Assembly: GCA_030704615.1 (NCBI GenBank) | Contig: CM060733.1 | Span: forward strand, 35,340,001-35,404,000 | Reading direction: 5' to 3' | Source of the DNA: Takakia lepidozioides | Taxonomy: Eukaryota; Plantae; Bryophyta | DNA: 64,000 bases | Shown here: positions 36,768-50,800 of the stretch, piece by piece | Layout of the letters: the number at the start of each line of letters is the position of its first letter | Numbering within the stretch: the stretch's first letter is position 1 | Program-made: the position numbers and the translations under genes | The notes under the pieces: generated by a model | Database searches by the model: none | The model's input: the letters and a program-made list of their open reading frames with translations, nothing else | Told to the model about the DNA's origin: nothing

Positions 36768-37373
36768 ACACTGACGGACCTTAGCATACCCTCCTTTTTT
36801 GTAAGGGCCAATCTCTACCACCTTTGCAGTAGAGTTCAGGTAATAAAGACCAGTTGTGCCTTCCCCGCTCGATGACCGTGTTTTCCAAATGACAACCCTA
36901 GTCCGGCGATGTGAATTCTGACTTGCCAAGCAAGCCCAATACTCAACACGCCGCATTAACTCAACTTTGGCGGAGGGCACTAGACCCTCGGTTGTTCTAC
37001 CCTTCCATGTTTTCATTAGCTGCCTCAAATTCCACATGGCGTCTTTCGCCATGCTTTGGATCCACTGATTGAACTTCGGCTTGTCCTTGTCCGCCGTCCA
37101 CTTAACCCCCGCCAAAGCGTTTGTCATTTTCCTCTCTATATTTTGCTGGAAAATCTGAAACCCCTCCCATCCATGCCTGACATAAGCACTCTCCAGACTC
37201 ATCATGTCCCTACCCTTGAAATAATCCACTACCACTTCTTTCACCCTATCCAAGGCATTCGGTCCCGGGTAGTCTGGCTTGTTGACCTAGCTATCTCACT
37301 CGTGGGCACGTTTTCTCTTCCTCCGACCCCCAAACGACCCCACCCCAAAACTTGAATTCACAACCCCCGACAT
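36768..37373 (-). pseudogene. Protein kinase N-terminal part (ends at the Gly-rich loop)
   Basis: VVEIGPYKKGGYAKVRQC resembles subdomain I; truncated exactly at a hairpin repeat. Confidence 0.6.
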
Positions 37374-38024
37374 TGTAGAAACCTTTGCCCACTATAGGGG
37401 ACAAAACCTCATAAAACGGCAATGGACGCGTGTGGATGGTGTCTTCGTAGTTTCTGCAAAACAAACAGGCCACCAGAGATCCCAAAACGGCAAAATAGTG
37501 ATACGATGATTGAACCGTGAACAAGGGTGTAAGACTGACCAATAGAAAACCGACACAACCTCCCCCCCCCCCCCCCCCCTCCTTCTTCAATAATCGCCTT
37601 TGCACCTCCTGTTGGCAGTGCCAAGCGACGAAGTCCGAAAGGTTTTATAGAATGCCAAGGAACCGCACCACGAGAGGGGTAAAAGTGATCAGAAAAGGAG
37701 GGGGGAATGGTTTATATAGGCGCCCACCAGCCACCCCCCCCCCCCCCCCCCCAAATAACATTATGCTTGAAAAGGAGCGACAGGCCAGTGACGCCTCACC
37801 ACGTGTCAGCGCGGCGCGACTGGCCAGTCGCACCTCGCCACGCGCACCCACGTGGGAGAGATCAAGGGTTCAAAACCACCTCCCCCCATCCCATTTGTTT
37901 CGTTTTTCCTGACCCGTGGCATCTCGCCACGTGGTTGGCCCAGGCGCCGCTTTATGATTATTAAAAATAAAAAAAATAAAAAAACGTCACACGGCAGGTA
38001 TCTGGATTTCTAAAAAATAAACAA

Positions 38025-38545
38025 CACGCGACCGCCGCATGACGGTTGCTATATTTATAAAAACAAGAAGAGTGACCGCCACATGGCGGTCGCTGTTTTA
38101 AAAATATATATATTAAATAAGCGACTGTCTACTGACGGTCGCTTAATTCAAGATTCAAAATAAAAATAAGCGACCGTCAAATTGAGCGACCGCCTCCAAA
38201 TGGCGGTCGTTGTATTGTTTATTAACAAAAATAACGACGGCCCCCAAATGGCGGTCGTTGCATTTTTCAAAAATTTACTGAAGAAGCGACCGCCAAACGG
38301 CGGTCGCTTTATTTAAAAATAAAAATAAAAATAAGCAACCGCTGCTAAATGGCGGTCGCTAAATTAAAAAATATATATATAGCAATCGTCACATGGCAGT
38401 CACTGTATTCTTACAAAATATATCAAAGATATAATAATAATAATATAATAAAGTGCAAGCGGCCGCTAATCTGGGCGGTTGCTGCATTATAAACATAATA
38501 AACTTCAACCGACCGCCAATGTAGGCGGTCGCTTATTTTAATTAT
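38025..38545. repeat. Array of GCGACCGCC-N(3-6)-GGCGGTCGC hairpins with A-rich spacers
   Basis: About 10 degenerate copies. Confidence 0.85.
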
Positions 38546-39339
38546 AATAAAATACAAGCGATCAGCGCCACGTCAACTGCGTGAGCGTAGGCTCACGCCA
38601 TGTCATTGTTGTGTGAGCGTACGCTCACACGATCACGCGCCAGGCTCACGCGGTAGCGTCGTTGCAACCTGAAGTGCAGATGGAAATTGAAAAAGAGTAT
38701 ATATCTGATTCAGATTCGGATAATGATGATAATAATGCAGAGAATCTGCAAAGTAAGAAAGATAACTTAAAGCAAATGAAGAAAATGTTGGTCGAGTCTA
38801 CAATTGCCCATGAAATGATGGCCAAAATATTTTATGAGGCAAAATTGAGAAGAGACGCCAGAGTCATTTTTTGGGCGATACATTAGACTCAAAATCAGAA
38901 TAGACTATTTGTAAGTCAAACTTAAGTTTGCCTATAAAAGGATCCATTTGACGGTCCACTCTTTCTAATAAAGCATTGGTCTTCTGAAAATTCCTTACCA
39001 TGATGCCACTATTTCCACCATCTTACCAAACATCCCAAGAGCTTGGTCATGAATTTTTGTTTGCCTTTTACACATAGTGGTATGGAGGATTCAGGGCTGG
39101 ATTCTTCTTTTGATCAATTATTCATAGAATTTGCATTCGTGATGTTCCTTCCTTGATACATCATTGGCCATTTTGTCCAATTTGTATTGCTTGAATAGGT
39201 AATTGAATTTCTTTTTGCAAGCAATGCTTGATCTTGTAAAACTAGGGATGGTAGCTACAATGCGAGCATGTAGCTTCAACCACATATCAATACCTATGAC
39301 ACACCCATATCACACCAGTCCGGAACCAAATAAGTTTGC

Positions 39340-40064
39340 ACCCTATGTACCTCTTTACTTAGTTAATTGGTACTTGTACTCACTTCTTCGTAGTTGCATC
39401 ATTTACTACAATTCTCCTCAAGAGGGCTGGCCCCTCATGGACTCTTGTTTTTGTGGATGGCTTAACGTCCCTATGTACCTCAAGTATGAGGTAGTGATTA
39501 CAGGGACCCATCAACCATCATACTGTCTGCAAGAGGGAGGGCTGGCCCTTCATTAACTCTTATCTTGGTGGATGGCTTATTAATGCCCCTATGTACCTCT
39601 GTACACACTGTACCATTGTACTTGCAGAGAGTATGATGGCTGATTGGTACCTATAATCACGACATCATACTTCCACCATTTAGTAGAATTCTCCTCAAGA
39701 GAGAGTTTCTCTTAAGGAATTTGGAAAACGACACGAGTGGCTACAGAGTCTTACAAAAAATAGACATAAATTCTGGATGAAATTCATCCACCTTTGTACT
39801 TTATCATCCATATTTTGCAAATTTATCCATAATTTATTTTTATCTGGAGAAGTCTGCGATTTCATCCATGAAAAAACAGGGAATTTGCGACAGAATATTC
39901 GATTTTATTTTTTGAGGTCACAATCTGGCGATAAATCGCCAATAAAATAAATGCTGCCTCAAGAGGGCTGGCCACTCTTTGTCTTGGTGGATGGCTTATT
40001 AATGTCCCTATGTACACACAATACCTATGTACTTGGAGATAGTATGATGGCTGATTGGTACCTG
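39340..40064. repeat. Degenerate direct repeats (CAAGAGGGCTGGCC...GGATGGCTTA...CCCTATGTACC)
   Basis: Copies near 39418, 39530 and 39958. Confidence 0.6.
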
Positions 40065-40260
40065 CACTACAACAAAATACGGTAGTGATGACTACATATA
40101 TGACTCCCTCGCATTCATAAACGCGGTATATGACTACATAAATCTAGAGTCATATAAATCGTGTCACTACTATGACTGTAAGTGGTATAGTCATAACTAC
40201 TATACAGTCATATGGACCATGTCATATCCATCGGTGCAAATAAAAGCCCATTTGCAGTTA
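40065..40260 (+). mobile_element. CACTA terminus with ATGACT subterminal repeats (partner end not found)
   Basis: CACTACAACAAAA at 40065, followed by many ATGACT/AGTCAT motifs. Confidence 0.75.
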
Positions 40261-43200
40261 TATATATGTCTATTTTAAATATCAAATTTTGAATTTTGGT
40301 GGTTCAAATTTTGAAATATACGTTGATTGTTGACCGTTGACTGTTGACCCCACACCATCCCACACATTACTAGACAATACAAATTTGAACCTAAGACCTC
40401 CACATACAACATTACTAAATCACTACACACTAACCACCACACCTATTACACATATATACACCACACAAGTGGTTTGATTGTATATAACCATAACAAACTA
40501 GGGCTTCGCGTTGCTCCGCACTACTAGTGACGCCACAATCTGTTATCTATTTCACCTAGCAGGCCGACCCGCACCTGTGAAGAAGACCGAATAGTTTCTG
40601 TACAACTTGCTCAAGAGCAGCATATTTGCGAGGGAGTAATATACTATCCCCTGCCAGAGACCTTTTTGTGTCAGCTTGCTCGCCTTGCACACAAGTTCAG
40701 GGAGCACTTCCCTTCTAATCCTACAACGACCCCAAAAGCTGGTTCGGGAATGAGATCACGACAGTTGACTGCTTTTGCCCTGGCTGCGCTCCGTAGTGGA
40801 TATCACAACCCTATCTTCGGTGTTAAAGACTGCATGCAATGGACGTGCACAGAGGCATGAACGGTAGACTCCACGACTTCATTCTCTTTGGATAGAACTT
40901 GAGTTCCCAAATACGACATTACCGTTCTTCCCCCACGAGAGTACTGGGGGTTGATTTCTTGGAAGTATGTATATCATACGTAATTGTAGTATTGGGTTTG
41001 GAGTACTCAGTATAATTTTCATACGTGAATTAGACATGCAAAGAATACGCAATGGTTTCTCCCCACTTATAATTTTACAAGTTACGGACCAGCTTTCAAG
41101 GGACCAATCTTGCTGGATGATTGTTTCTAGATGGAATACATTGATTTTGGTGTTGGATGAATATCGTTTGTTACTGTTTGCTGCTTTTAGTGTCAAGAGA
41201 AAAAGTAAGTATGGGCAGTTAGTTACTGACACCAACTACACCAACATATGGGCATTTCATAGAATGAGTGACATGTGGATACCAATAACAAAATTAATCT
41301 CTACTATTCTTTGCATGAAAGTAGACAATGGAAGACTGACTCGACGGATTCAAGGCTGTAGACTCAAATTGTATGAATTTGATTGATCCGAAATTGATAG
41401 GATTATAATTATAAGATGGATACCATTGTTTGGAGAACCTTACTCTGAGATGATAAAAGCAGGGCTAAGCATGTACCCCGTAATTGTTAAAAATGTCACA
41501 ATTTTCAAAGACACCTTGTCAATGTGGTCAGTTCCAACCCTTTATTGTGACGAGCTCTCATGAGAGGCTGGTACCCAATACCGACTTGAAGTTGGAGTGT
41601 GCAATGTGCAGTCATCAACCTCCATTTAGCCAAATGTACTCATTCAACTTCCCTTCATGTAACCTTGCCAGTAGCTACAGCACGAGAGAGGGGCACCAAA
41701 AGGAAACAACCATACATGAGTAGTCATCGTGCACGATGTGTCTCCGGTGTCACCATCTTCGCATCTGCACTGTACAATTGACTGCACGCACCCACTTCCA
41801 ACAACACAAGAACATGTACATAATCAAATCAGCTGAACTTAAATGAACTGGGAACTTAAATGTTCCTGTGACAGCAGCTCTTTTGAATAGACTGCTTTGA
41901 ACTACTCCACATTCTTTACTGCTAAGAAAGTAAATGAGGCAAGCCTATATGCTGCCATTTATTACACCAGTGCAAGAGGGACGGAACATAGCTACCGCCA
42001 TGTAGCAATAATACGAATGTTATGTGACCTGCTTTCCCAAGTGGCTTAACCAAACTAGACTGGACATCCAATTCTTCCCGCGTACATACAACAAGCAACT
42101 ACCAACTGTTCTTTCTGCATCTGCAACCCATTCATAATATCCGTCGGAGCTGTATTCTTAATCAGGCTTCGTGCCACATTGTGCTCTAGACCCAAGAACG
42201 TTATATGTCACGGGCATTTGAGGGGTTTGTGATTTTGATTTGTGAAGTACAAAAAGCATTCCAGATCTCTCACCTCAACCGTTTCTTTGAATCAACAAGC
42301 ACAAGTTTTATAAGTTCGGTAGTAAAACTGACTCGTAGCTCAGACCATGGGTCAAACAGGTACGTCACAGCTATGTCCTGTCACTGCAGCCTTATGGATA
42401 TAAACCTTGTAGGTGCCTTAAGTTTAGTGACGTTGCTGGTCCTCAACACGAGTTCAACACTTTTATATCGCAGTGTGTCTAAAAAAGGTCATTCGACTCC
42501 TATTCGACATAACTTATTCCGTTTATTCACCCTATTCTGCGTCGTCGGCCCACAAGGAGTTTCATCTCCTCTTCATCCCTATCGACTCAGCCATTAACTT
42601 GAGCCCATGCAAGTCGGCCATAACCTTAATCCTACCCTTGTCTCTGTCACCACTGATTTTGGTCGGCCTCTTGCCGCCAACCTCTCCTCGGACAAATTCA
42701 GTGGTCAGGAGCTTCCCACTCAGGTTGAGACCTGATTGTGCTGATCGGTGTCTTGAGGAGTTTCTGTTGATGCGGTTCCAGGTCTGGCCCTTGGGGCGTT
42801 GCTGTGTGTAACTATGGAGACCCATGCGTAGAAGCCGGGAGAATTCAAAGAGTGCCGAGGGTCCATTCCCTGCGCCTCTTTCTAATATAATCTGATTAAT
42901 TTATGCAAGCAACCAGCCTAGAACAAAGTTGGAACATGTCATCTTCTACCGAAACCCCTACTAGGGAGTCTCTCCTTCCTGTCTCTGGGCTCTCTCTCTC
43001 TCTCTACCTGTGGCATCCACCCGTGAGCTGTGCTTTCACAAGCCCCGGGATACATATCAAACTGATGGCCTCAATAGGGCCTATCCAATGGTACCAACCA
43101 TTTCTTATCCCTTGCTAAAACACGTATTCATTCCCATGCAAGAAGAACACCATGAATAGTGTACAAGAAATCAAAGGCATAGGGAGAAGACCCCCCTTAA

Positions 43201-45179
43201 AAATATCCGTACCAGGGACCAACAGTCCCTAGCGGGGTCCGTCGTAATATCCAGCGGTTAAAACCGATACCCCGCAACCAATGCTACGTGGCGCGGCGTG
43301 ACCGGTCCGCCGCCGCCGCGGGTCCAGTGGGTAATAGCAGGCTCCGTCGTCTCTGCCGCTCATGTCGTACTTGCACGGGCCCAGCTATGGCGCCTGGTGC
43401 TGCCACGCAGTGTACCAGCAACCCGTACTTTGCTCCAGGGTCAACTCCCCCCATGGGGGAAGGCCGCGTCACCCGTGTTAGATGCGCCTTTCCATGGCGA
43501 TTCTAGGCAACCTCCTTGGTTGATCTTCAGCCTAAAGGCGTCTAAGGCGCCGGCACTTTAGTGCTGGGCTCTGCTTTTTTTTGCAGCTCTCTACAAACTA
43601 GCTTAACCACTTATAAAGCTAGTTAGCACTGCCTCCCATGGTCCTCTATGGCCAGGGGGCTTAGGAACATAGATATGAACTTAATAATATGAAATTTTTT
43701 GCGATAGCTTCGCCGTTTTATGCAATATGGCCGTTGTCACTAAGATAGAAAGGAAAATTTGACAAGAGCTTCGCCACTTCATGCAAGCTCGCCCTCTCCT
43801 TAAATATAATAATGGACATCTACCCTCACTTCCATGACGTAATTGGGTTAGATTCCTAAGGCCCTGTCTCTTGGGGCTCCACACTTGTGCTTTTTACACA
43901 CGTACATAGAGATGCACACACATCCTCTTGGAAGAGCGTTAGTTTTTATAATTTTCTAGAGCAAGCAATGCTATAAGGTCTTTTCTTGGAACAAGCTTGA
44001 ACAACCAAGAGGCTTCAGTCCTTTCAACTAAGATCTTTTATGCTTAAGAGACTGTAGATTGGTCTTAATCAATAGGATTAAGCAGTTTGCAAGGATATGG
44101 CTTCATCCGACGTTCATGGTTTAGCTATCCTTAAAACGATTACTTCGTAATCGTTTCTGAAAGCATACCGAGGGACAACCTCTGTTGCATGTCTTAGGAA
44201 ATGGGCAGTAGTGTTAATAGCCTGTTTTGTGTAAGTCATAAACCAGCGGTTAACAGATACCAAGTGTCGCGCACCTCACTTCGGTAAGCTCCCCTTCAAG
44301 TCATAGTTACTCGCTTTGATGCGCGCGCCTAACTCCCAAACTGGCCGTCAGGCCAACTCGAAGTTTCGGCTGCTCACCGGGATATAACGGTCCCCCTTTA
44401 CTCCTCCACGAGACTCTCTCTCAAATTGGGCCAAGTGAAAATTCCCTTTGGTCGATGGCAGTCCGGAACAGCTCCCCACACCTTGGTTGCTTTCCGGCTC
44501 GCACGCTTACTCACTAGTTTTTTGTGACCAACGGGCTTGCACCGTTCTCGGGGTTACTACTCCCTATATATACTTCTGTGACTGTCCGCGGGGGTTTCAC
44601 AAACAACCATGCCATTTTATGGCGAACCACCACGAAAACCCTCGACTCCCGGTGATGAGTCGCGGTGAGTCTTGGCCCACCCACCACGGTCTCATTGGAC
44701 CGTGACGAGTCCCAAGACTCCCCACGACTCCCACCACAAGGTCTCCGCCCCCATGGTGAGTCCTATGCCACCCCCACTAAGTCCCACTAAGCTACCACCA
44801 CCCCTTGTGGAACCACCCCCACCGCAACCCGGTGTGCAGGGCTCCACCTAATGAGCGCCTCCGCCTCCTTGAGTGCCTTGGGCACTCAAGGCTGCTTCAG
44901 CCCCCGCATATATTGTTGCCACTGCCCCCACCACAGGGGCAGCCCCTCTCGTGTCCCGACCCCGTGCCCTCAAGGCAAAAGGCCGCGACACATTGTCACT
45001 ATGAGTATTTGTATTGCTGTTGTGTATGTGTTGGAAAATAAAAGATGTTGCCCATGTGTATACCAGCCAAAATGTCGGCCAAATGCACTGTCACTTGCTC
45101 ATGTTTGTGTTCGGTGATTTGCTTATGAAATGAAGAACAATTGTGCCATGCTTCCAACTCTGCATTCAATTTTATTTTA

Positions 45180-46362
45180 ATGGAGCGACCGACATCACTG
45201 ACGTCGCATTTGTTTTTTTATTCTTTGTAAATACAGTGAATGCGATGTAATAGCAATCGTCTTTTGTTTCTTCGTAAAATTACTGGTGGTCGCTTTAATT
45301 TCTATTTTTTTTTTAAAAATCCAGCAACCGCCAATACTGGCGGTCGGTTGTTTTTTTAATTTTTTAAAATGGATCGACCGCCATATTTTGCGGTCGTTTT
45401 TTTGGGATTTTTAAATGGAGCGACCGCCAAGGTGGCGGTCGCTTCTACGAGGTGTGCCCTGCGCATGGAACGAGGAGTGAGGCGGGGGGAGGGGGGCATA
45501 TAAGCTCGGACTCATTCTCCCCCCACTTCCATTACAGGTTGTTGCTTGAAGTTTTTTTTTGTTTTTGCTGTAATTATTCCTTTTTAAAATGCAGCAACCG
45601 CCATTACTGGCGGTCGCTTTTATTTTTTTATTTTTGGAAATGGAGCGATCGCCATTACTGGCGATCGTTTTATTTATTTTTAAATGGAGCAACCGCGAAG
45701 GTGCCGGTCGCTTCTACGAGGTCTGTCCTGCGCGTGGAGCGAGGAATAAGAGGGGGGGGGGGGAGGGGGGGGGGGGGGGGGGGGGAGATATATTTTTGGT
45801 ACATGCAGCGACCGCCATTACTAGCGGTCGCTTTTATTTTAATTATTTTGGAAAGGAAGCGACCGCTGTTACGGGCGGTCGCTTTTTTGTTTTTTGGAGG
45901 AAATCGAGCGACCGCCATTAGGGGTGGTCGCCGCTATTGTTGTTTTTTGTAATTGCAGCGACCGCCATTAGTGGTGGACGCTTTTATTTGGTTGGAAATG
46001 GAGCGACCGCCATTAGTGGCGGTCGCTTTTATTTTAATTGTTTTGAAAATGAAGTGACTGCCATTAGTGGCGGTCACTTTTATTTAATTTTTTTGAAAAT
46101 GAAGCAATCGCCATCACTGGCGGTCGCTTTTATGTTTTTAGAGGAAAATCGAGCGACCGCCATTACGGGCGGTTGGAGCGACCGCCGTGACTGGCGGTCG
46201 CTATAATTATTTTAGTTTTATAAATGACGATTTTATTTTCATTTCTTTCGAAATGAAGCGACTGCCATTACTGACGGTCGCTTCAATTCTTATTGTCTCT
46301 GTAAATGTAGCGACCGCCAATGCTGGCGGTCGCTTATTTATTTTATTTTCGGAAAATGGAGC
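45180..46362. repeat. Array of ~20 GCGACCGCC-Nn-GGCGGTCGC hairpins with T-rich spacers
   Basis: e.g. gcgaccgccattagtggcggtcgc; opposite polarity to 38025-38545. Confidence 0.9.
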
Positions 46363-46749
46363 AGAATACCGGAGCGTTGTGAGCTAGCGAGAAAAAAACC
46401 AAGTCCAAAAATCCAGAAAAGACGTTAAGACAACATAACGACGAATGTTTGGCAGTGAAGTTTCAGCATCCGGGTGTTATCTCATATTTTGCTATGAATG
46501 CACGTGAGATAGAGAATTACACTCGCTGGTGGAATGGGGGGACAATATGCGACATGATGAACCTTGACAGAAAATGGGGCAACGATTCGGACAATAGGGT
46601 GATTTTGGAACAAAGAGGAACGGAAGCAGAGTTCCAGGAATGCGATCGCTTGCTTCGTTTCCGGAAAGTGCGTAATAAACTTGCATGGGCACTAGTGTGC
46701 ATCATGGATGTTGTCCACAAGAACGGTGTCCTGCACAACAACTTGTCCC
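46363..46749 (+). pseudogene. Protein kinase middle part (subdomains II-VIb), interrupted by the LTR element
   Basis: ELA.KKTK...ECLAVKFQHPGVI...WWNGGT...VHKNGVLHNNLS; continues after the TSD at 60206. Confidence 0.8.
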
Positions 46750-47812
46750 TGTCGCGCGGCTTTTTCTCACCCATCCCTTCGCTATCCGAGGCGGAAACTC
46801 CAAGATAGAAGAGTTGGAAATCTCTAAGTACTCAGCCCGCGCAGAACAATCAGTCATGACCTACAGCTAGTGTATCATGGGGGTGTTTCCTATTTGTTTC
46901 CCTTTCCGCATTCATCTTAGCTACCTTACCATTGATAATTAAGTATCAGTTTGCTTCATCAATCTATCAGGTTCCTTCAATCTTTCATTCAATCCACAGC
47001 TTCACTCAGATCTCTCTACACAGTGTGATTGTATCGCATAAGTATCAGATTATGATTTATCAGGTATCAGGCCGAAGCCATTATGTCTCTAATCTGCTCT
47101 ACAATATCACTACCGCTTTGCATATAACAAGCATCTACTAATCCTCTTTCCTCCTTCACCGTGCTCTCCATCTTTTGCTTCCGATCTCCGCTCCAGCCTG
47201 ACTAAGAAGTCCTCCTCGAATAATGATCCCCCCAATTCCCCGTTTTTTCCCTTTATCTTCCTATCCGCAGTTCTAACCGTTTCCCTCACTAACCGTCGTC
47301 TGTGAACTAACATGTTCCCTTCGCAGGTGTTGTTTCCCCACAGTCGTTCCCTGTCCTACTCTTCGTTCCCTATGATCGTGACAGCTGTGTCAAGCTGTGA
47401 CTGGCTGTGTGAAACTGTGACGGGCTGTGACGGGCTGTGTCGGGCTGTGTCGGCTGTGTCGGCTGTGTCTGCTGTGACGGGCTGTGACGGGCTGTGTCGG
47501 GCTGTGTCGGCTGTGTTGGCTGTGTTGGCTGTGTCGGCTGTGTCGGCTGTGACTGGCTGTGTTGGCTGTGTAGGCTGTGACTGGCTGTGTGGCTGTGTCG
47601 GCTGTGACTGGCTGTGTGGGCTGTGACTGGCTGTGAGGCTGTGTCGGCTGTGTCGGCTGTGTCGACTGTAACGGGCTGTGTTGGCTGTGTAACCCCCTTC
47701 TACAGTGCGCTGCTGTCACCCCTAAGGCTCCTGTTGGTCTCAGTGTGTGCAAAAATTAAGGGTACCCTACAGATCCCGTATAAGTGTCTAAGTCCCCTAC
47801 AGTCCTCTAACA
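46750..47812 (-). repeat. 3' LTR (1063 bp)
   Basis: Near-identical to 59127-60205; adjacent PPT at 47816-47828 (GAGGGGGAAGGGG on minus). Confidence 0.95.
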
Positions 47813-47849
47813 TTACCCCTTCCCCCTCAAAAAGCCGTGTCCTCACGGT

Positions 47850-50800
47850 TTACTGTTTCCGAGTAGCAAACCTTTGTGAGTGAGCACCTTGTTGACGTTG
47901 AGAGTTTCGTGGTGGACTGTGTGTACGAGCCCGAGGTCTGTCTCTGGTTGACGGAGATGGTTGATCACTACCTTGATAATTGAGGCCCTCTGGAGGCTGA
48001 TATCGAGGTAACCTTTCCGGCATAGGAGACCCCCGTCGCTTCTTTTCTGCCATCTGAATTGCATAGTCTTCTCCCATGTCAAAAGAATTCTGTGAAGAAA
48101 CAGTTGTATCAGAATCCTCATCACCTCTCAGATGTTTTAATTTTCGAACCTTTTGTGGAATCATCTGGGGCATACAATGCTGTCCTACCATGTCTGGAAG
48201 TTTGCATTTTACAACTTGGTGTAACCGCTGAACAGCAAAATTGGTGTAGACACTGAGCTCCTTGTCTGTCCAGGTGAGTGGGGTACCAATTACTGGTGCA
48301 GCGTGCAAGTACTTCCATGCCACATGTCCCTTATAGAAAATGTCATCAAGTCCGAATTTCTGTGTTGACAAATGGTTGCAGGCTGCTTGAAACCATGAAC
48401 GAATTTGAGAATCCTTCTGCATCATAACTTTTGGGTCATATAGGTACATATGAGGTGGCACCGAAGGTAATACCCAATGATCTCCACTGGAGTAACTTTG
48501 AAAGCGTGTTTGCATCTTTTGTTGCTCAATGTGGTAACGTACCAGAAAACAAGCAGCGTAGTATAGCCCGCACCCCATGACAATACTTGCTATCTCCTTG
48601 GTCTTGGTATAAATGAGTCCATGTACAACCTGGAAAGCAACCAATTCCCTCAACATGGTACCTGCCTCGTGCCAGTATTGTGCAAAGTGATGATCTTCAA
48701 TATGTCGATTGTTTGGAAGAACTTTAGTCCTAGTTGCCACTGGCAGCCAAATACGCATGATTTGGTAGTAATGTGCGAATGACTGCGGAGGACTAAATTC
48801 TTTCCAAGCCAAATCCAACATGATGGGAATTTGGTTGAAGGGCATAAGCATAGCCCTGCTGTACTCCCTTGCAGCTGGAGTTTTAGGTGGGTTAAAAGCG
48901 GCATTGCCCCATACCTCCGGCTGTGGTGGCTGTGGTGTGGTTGTAGTAACCACAGGTTCAGCTACTGGTACACTGACCTGTTGTGGTGGTGGTGGTACTG
49001 GCTCCTGTATCATTGGCATCTCCTGCACCTCCTGCGAAGACTGAAAAGCCAAAGTTTTGGCTTGTAAATAAGAAGCCATTAGCTGGTCCTGAGGGATATA
49101 GACTCTTTGGTCGATGTTTGAAGTGAGGTCTTCCACTTGAGTCTGGAGTCCGTCTACATCCTCTTGTAACTCTGCTATCCTACTATAGACATTGTCTATA
49201 GTAGTTGTGGCAATGTTCTGCACCTGCAGCCTGAGCTCATTCATCTCGCTTTGGGTGAGCTTCCGTGGGGCTTTGCCCTCTACTGGCCCTTGTGCTAACC
49301 AGACCTGCATAAGGCTGTTATCCACCAAGCTGCTTGTGGTTCCCCTGAGAGTTTGCTCCTCTCTTAGCTTGTACAATTCCAACTGCTGTTGTAAAGCCTC
49401 CATGCGCTTCGCCTGTGGCTCAACCAATTTCGCATAAGCAGCAAGTAGATTATTGGCTTCCTTCCAAGCCTTGTTACTGACCGCGATTTCATTTCTATTG
49501 GCCACGATGGTTTGTTGCAACTCCACGATGTGTTTCTCTTGATCAGTTTCCTCTGCTTGTATTGCTTGAAAGTATCTTCATGGCGACAGATTGTATTCTT
49601 CATATCGACAATGAGCTTCATTTGCTCAACATTCTCTTCTTCTGCCTTCGTACATTTTTCCGCTTGACTGTTTATTTCTTTTGTTGATTGGTCAAGCATA
49701 GTTGTAAATGTAGCACATTGTATCGCCATCCTGTTATGCACTGTCTGCAACTCCGTATGTAGTGCATTCAGTTCTTGCAACTTGCTTTCATGCTGCACCT
49801 GCATTTGGTATAGCTGTTGCTTATGTGCTTCGTGCAACTGGTCTTGCGCGAGGCCTGCCTCAATCAATTGTTGCTTGGCCAATTGCAAAGCCATTTCTGT
49901 ATTGCCCAAGTCCTGCTTCATCTTGAGAGTGACCTCTTCATCGACCTTGTTTGCACACTCAGTGGCAAGTCGAGCCTCAAACTCCTTCCTGAGTTCCTCT
50001 TTCAAGGCTGTCAATTGGGTAATTGGAACATGGGATTTGACATAAGTCCCCAACAAATTAAGTGTCCTGCCTATGGAACTCATCAGCATTGCCTGTTGAG
50101 GGTCATCATGGTGAGGTTGCTGCTGTTCCTCCTGATCTTCAACAGTATGATGTCTCACTAACCATTCAGGCCATTGTCCCACCGGATTTTCTTCCTGAAC
50201 TACTTCATCTATCACCGGTGCTACAGTGTCATGACCTTCCGCCTGTGGTACCTCCGACACAGGTGTGTGCATTATATGCACCTCAGGATTTCCCTTGGGC
50301 AACTGTTGCACCTCTGGGATTTCTGTCTCCTTGACCAGACCAGAATATTCATAGAGAAGGTCCCCTTTCTCTATTTCTGCCACTATCTGTTCTGTAGTTG
50401 GAATATCTATCCCTTCACTTTCCAAATCAATTATTTCGGGTTGAGCTGCATGGATAACTTGTGACCTTGTGACAAGTCGTTCAAGTGGCTGTGATGGTTG
50501 TGATGCAGAAGTAACTTCCTCCTCCCTCTCTGAAGGTCCTGCTTCCAGTAATAGCATTTGTCTGTGCTGCTGTGCCCCTTCCTGGCCATGAGCTTGGGAA
50601 ACATTATCATGCGGAATCCGTGAAGCCAGTGGATCCGCCACTACAGTCTTTCCCCTTCTCTGCCTCTTAGTCTCGGGTTGTGCTGCTAGTCCACCCTCAC
50701 TGTGTGAAGAGCCTTGCTCTTCCATTGCAGTTGTTTCTGGCTCAAACACTCCCATTTCCTTCCTTTCTTGTGCATTAAGTATGCCAGAATTAAGGATTAT

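Noticed and set aside
29322-40077. Pairing the two CACTA termini as one element
   Set aside because: They face away from each other, and the 29333 end is embedded in a retroelement ORF; they belong to separate insertions.
40300-45150. Scattered short ORFs and possible LINE remnants (also 60500-62000)
   Set aside because: No convincing motifs could be read; probably decayed repeats that cannot be assigned without a search.
47312-47752. Cys/Val/Ala-rich or TQP-rich ORFs (also 30869-31178, 59697-60152)
   Set aside because: Translations of the LTR GGCTGTG minisatellite.
30816-47812. LTR A and LTR B as the two LTRs of one element
   Set aside because: They are in opposite orientation and clearly diverged; each has its own PPT, and B has its own partner LTR and TSD.
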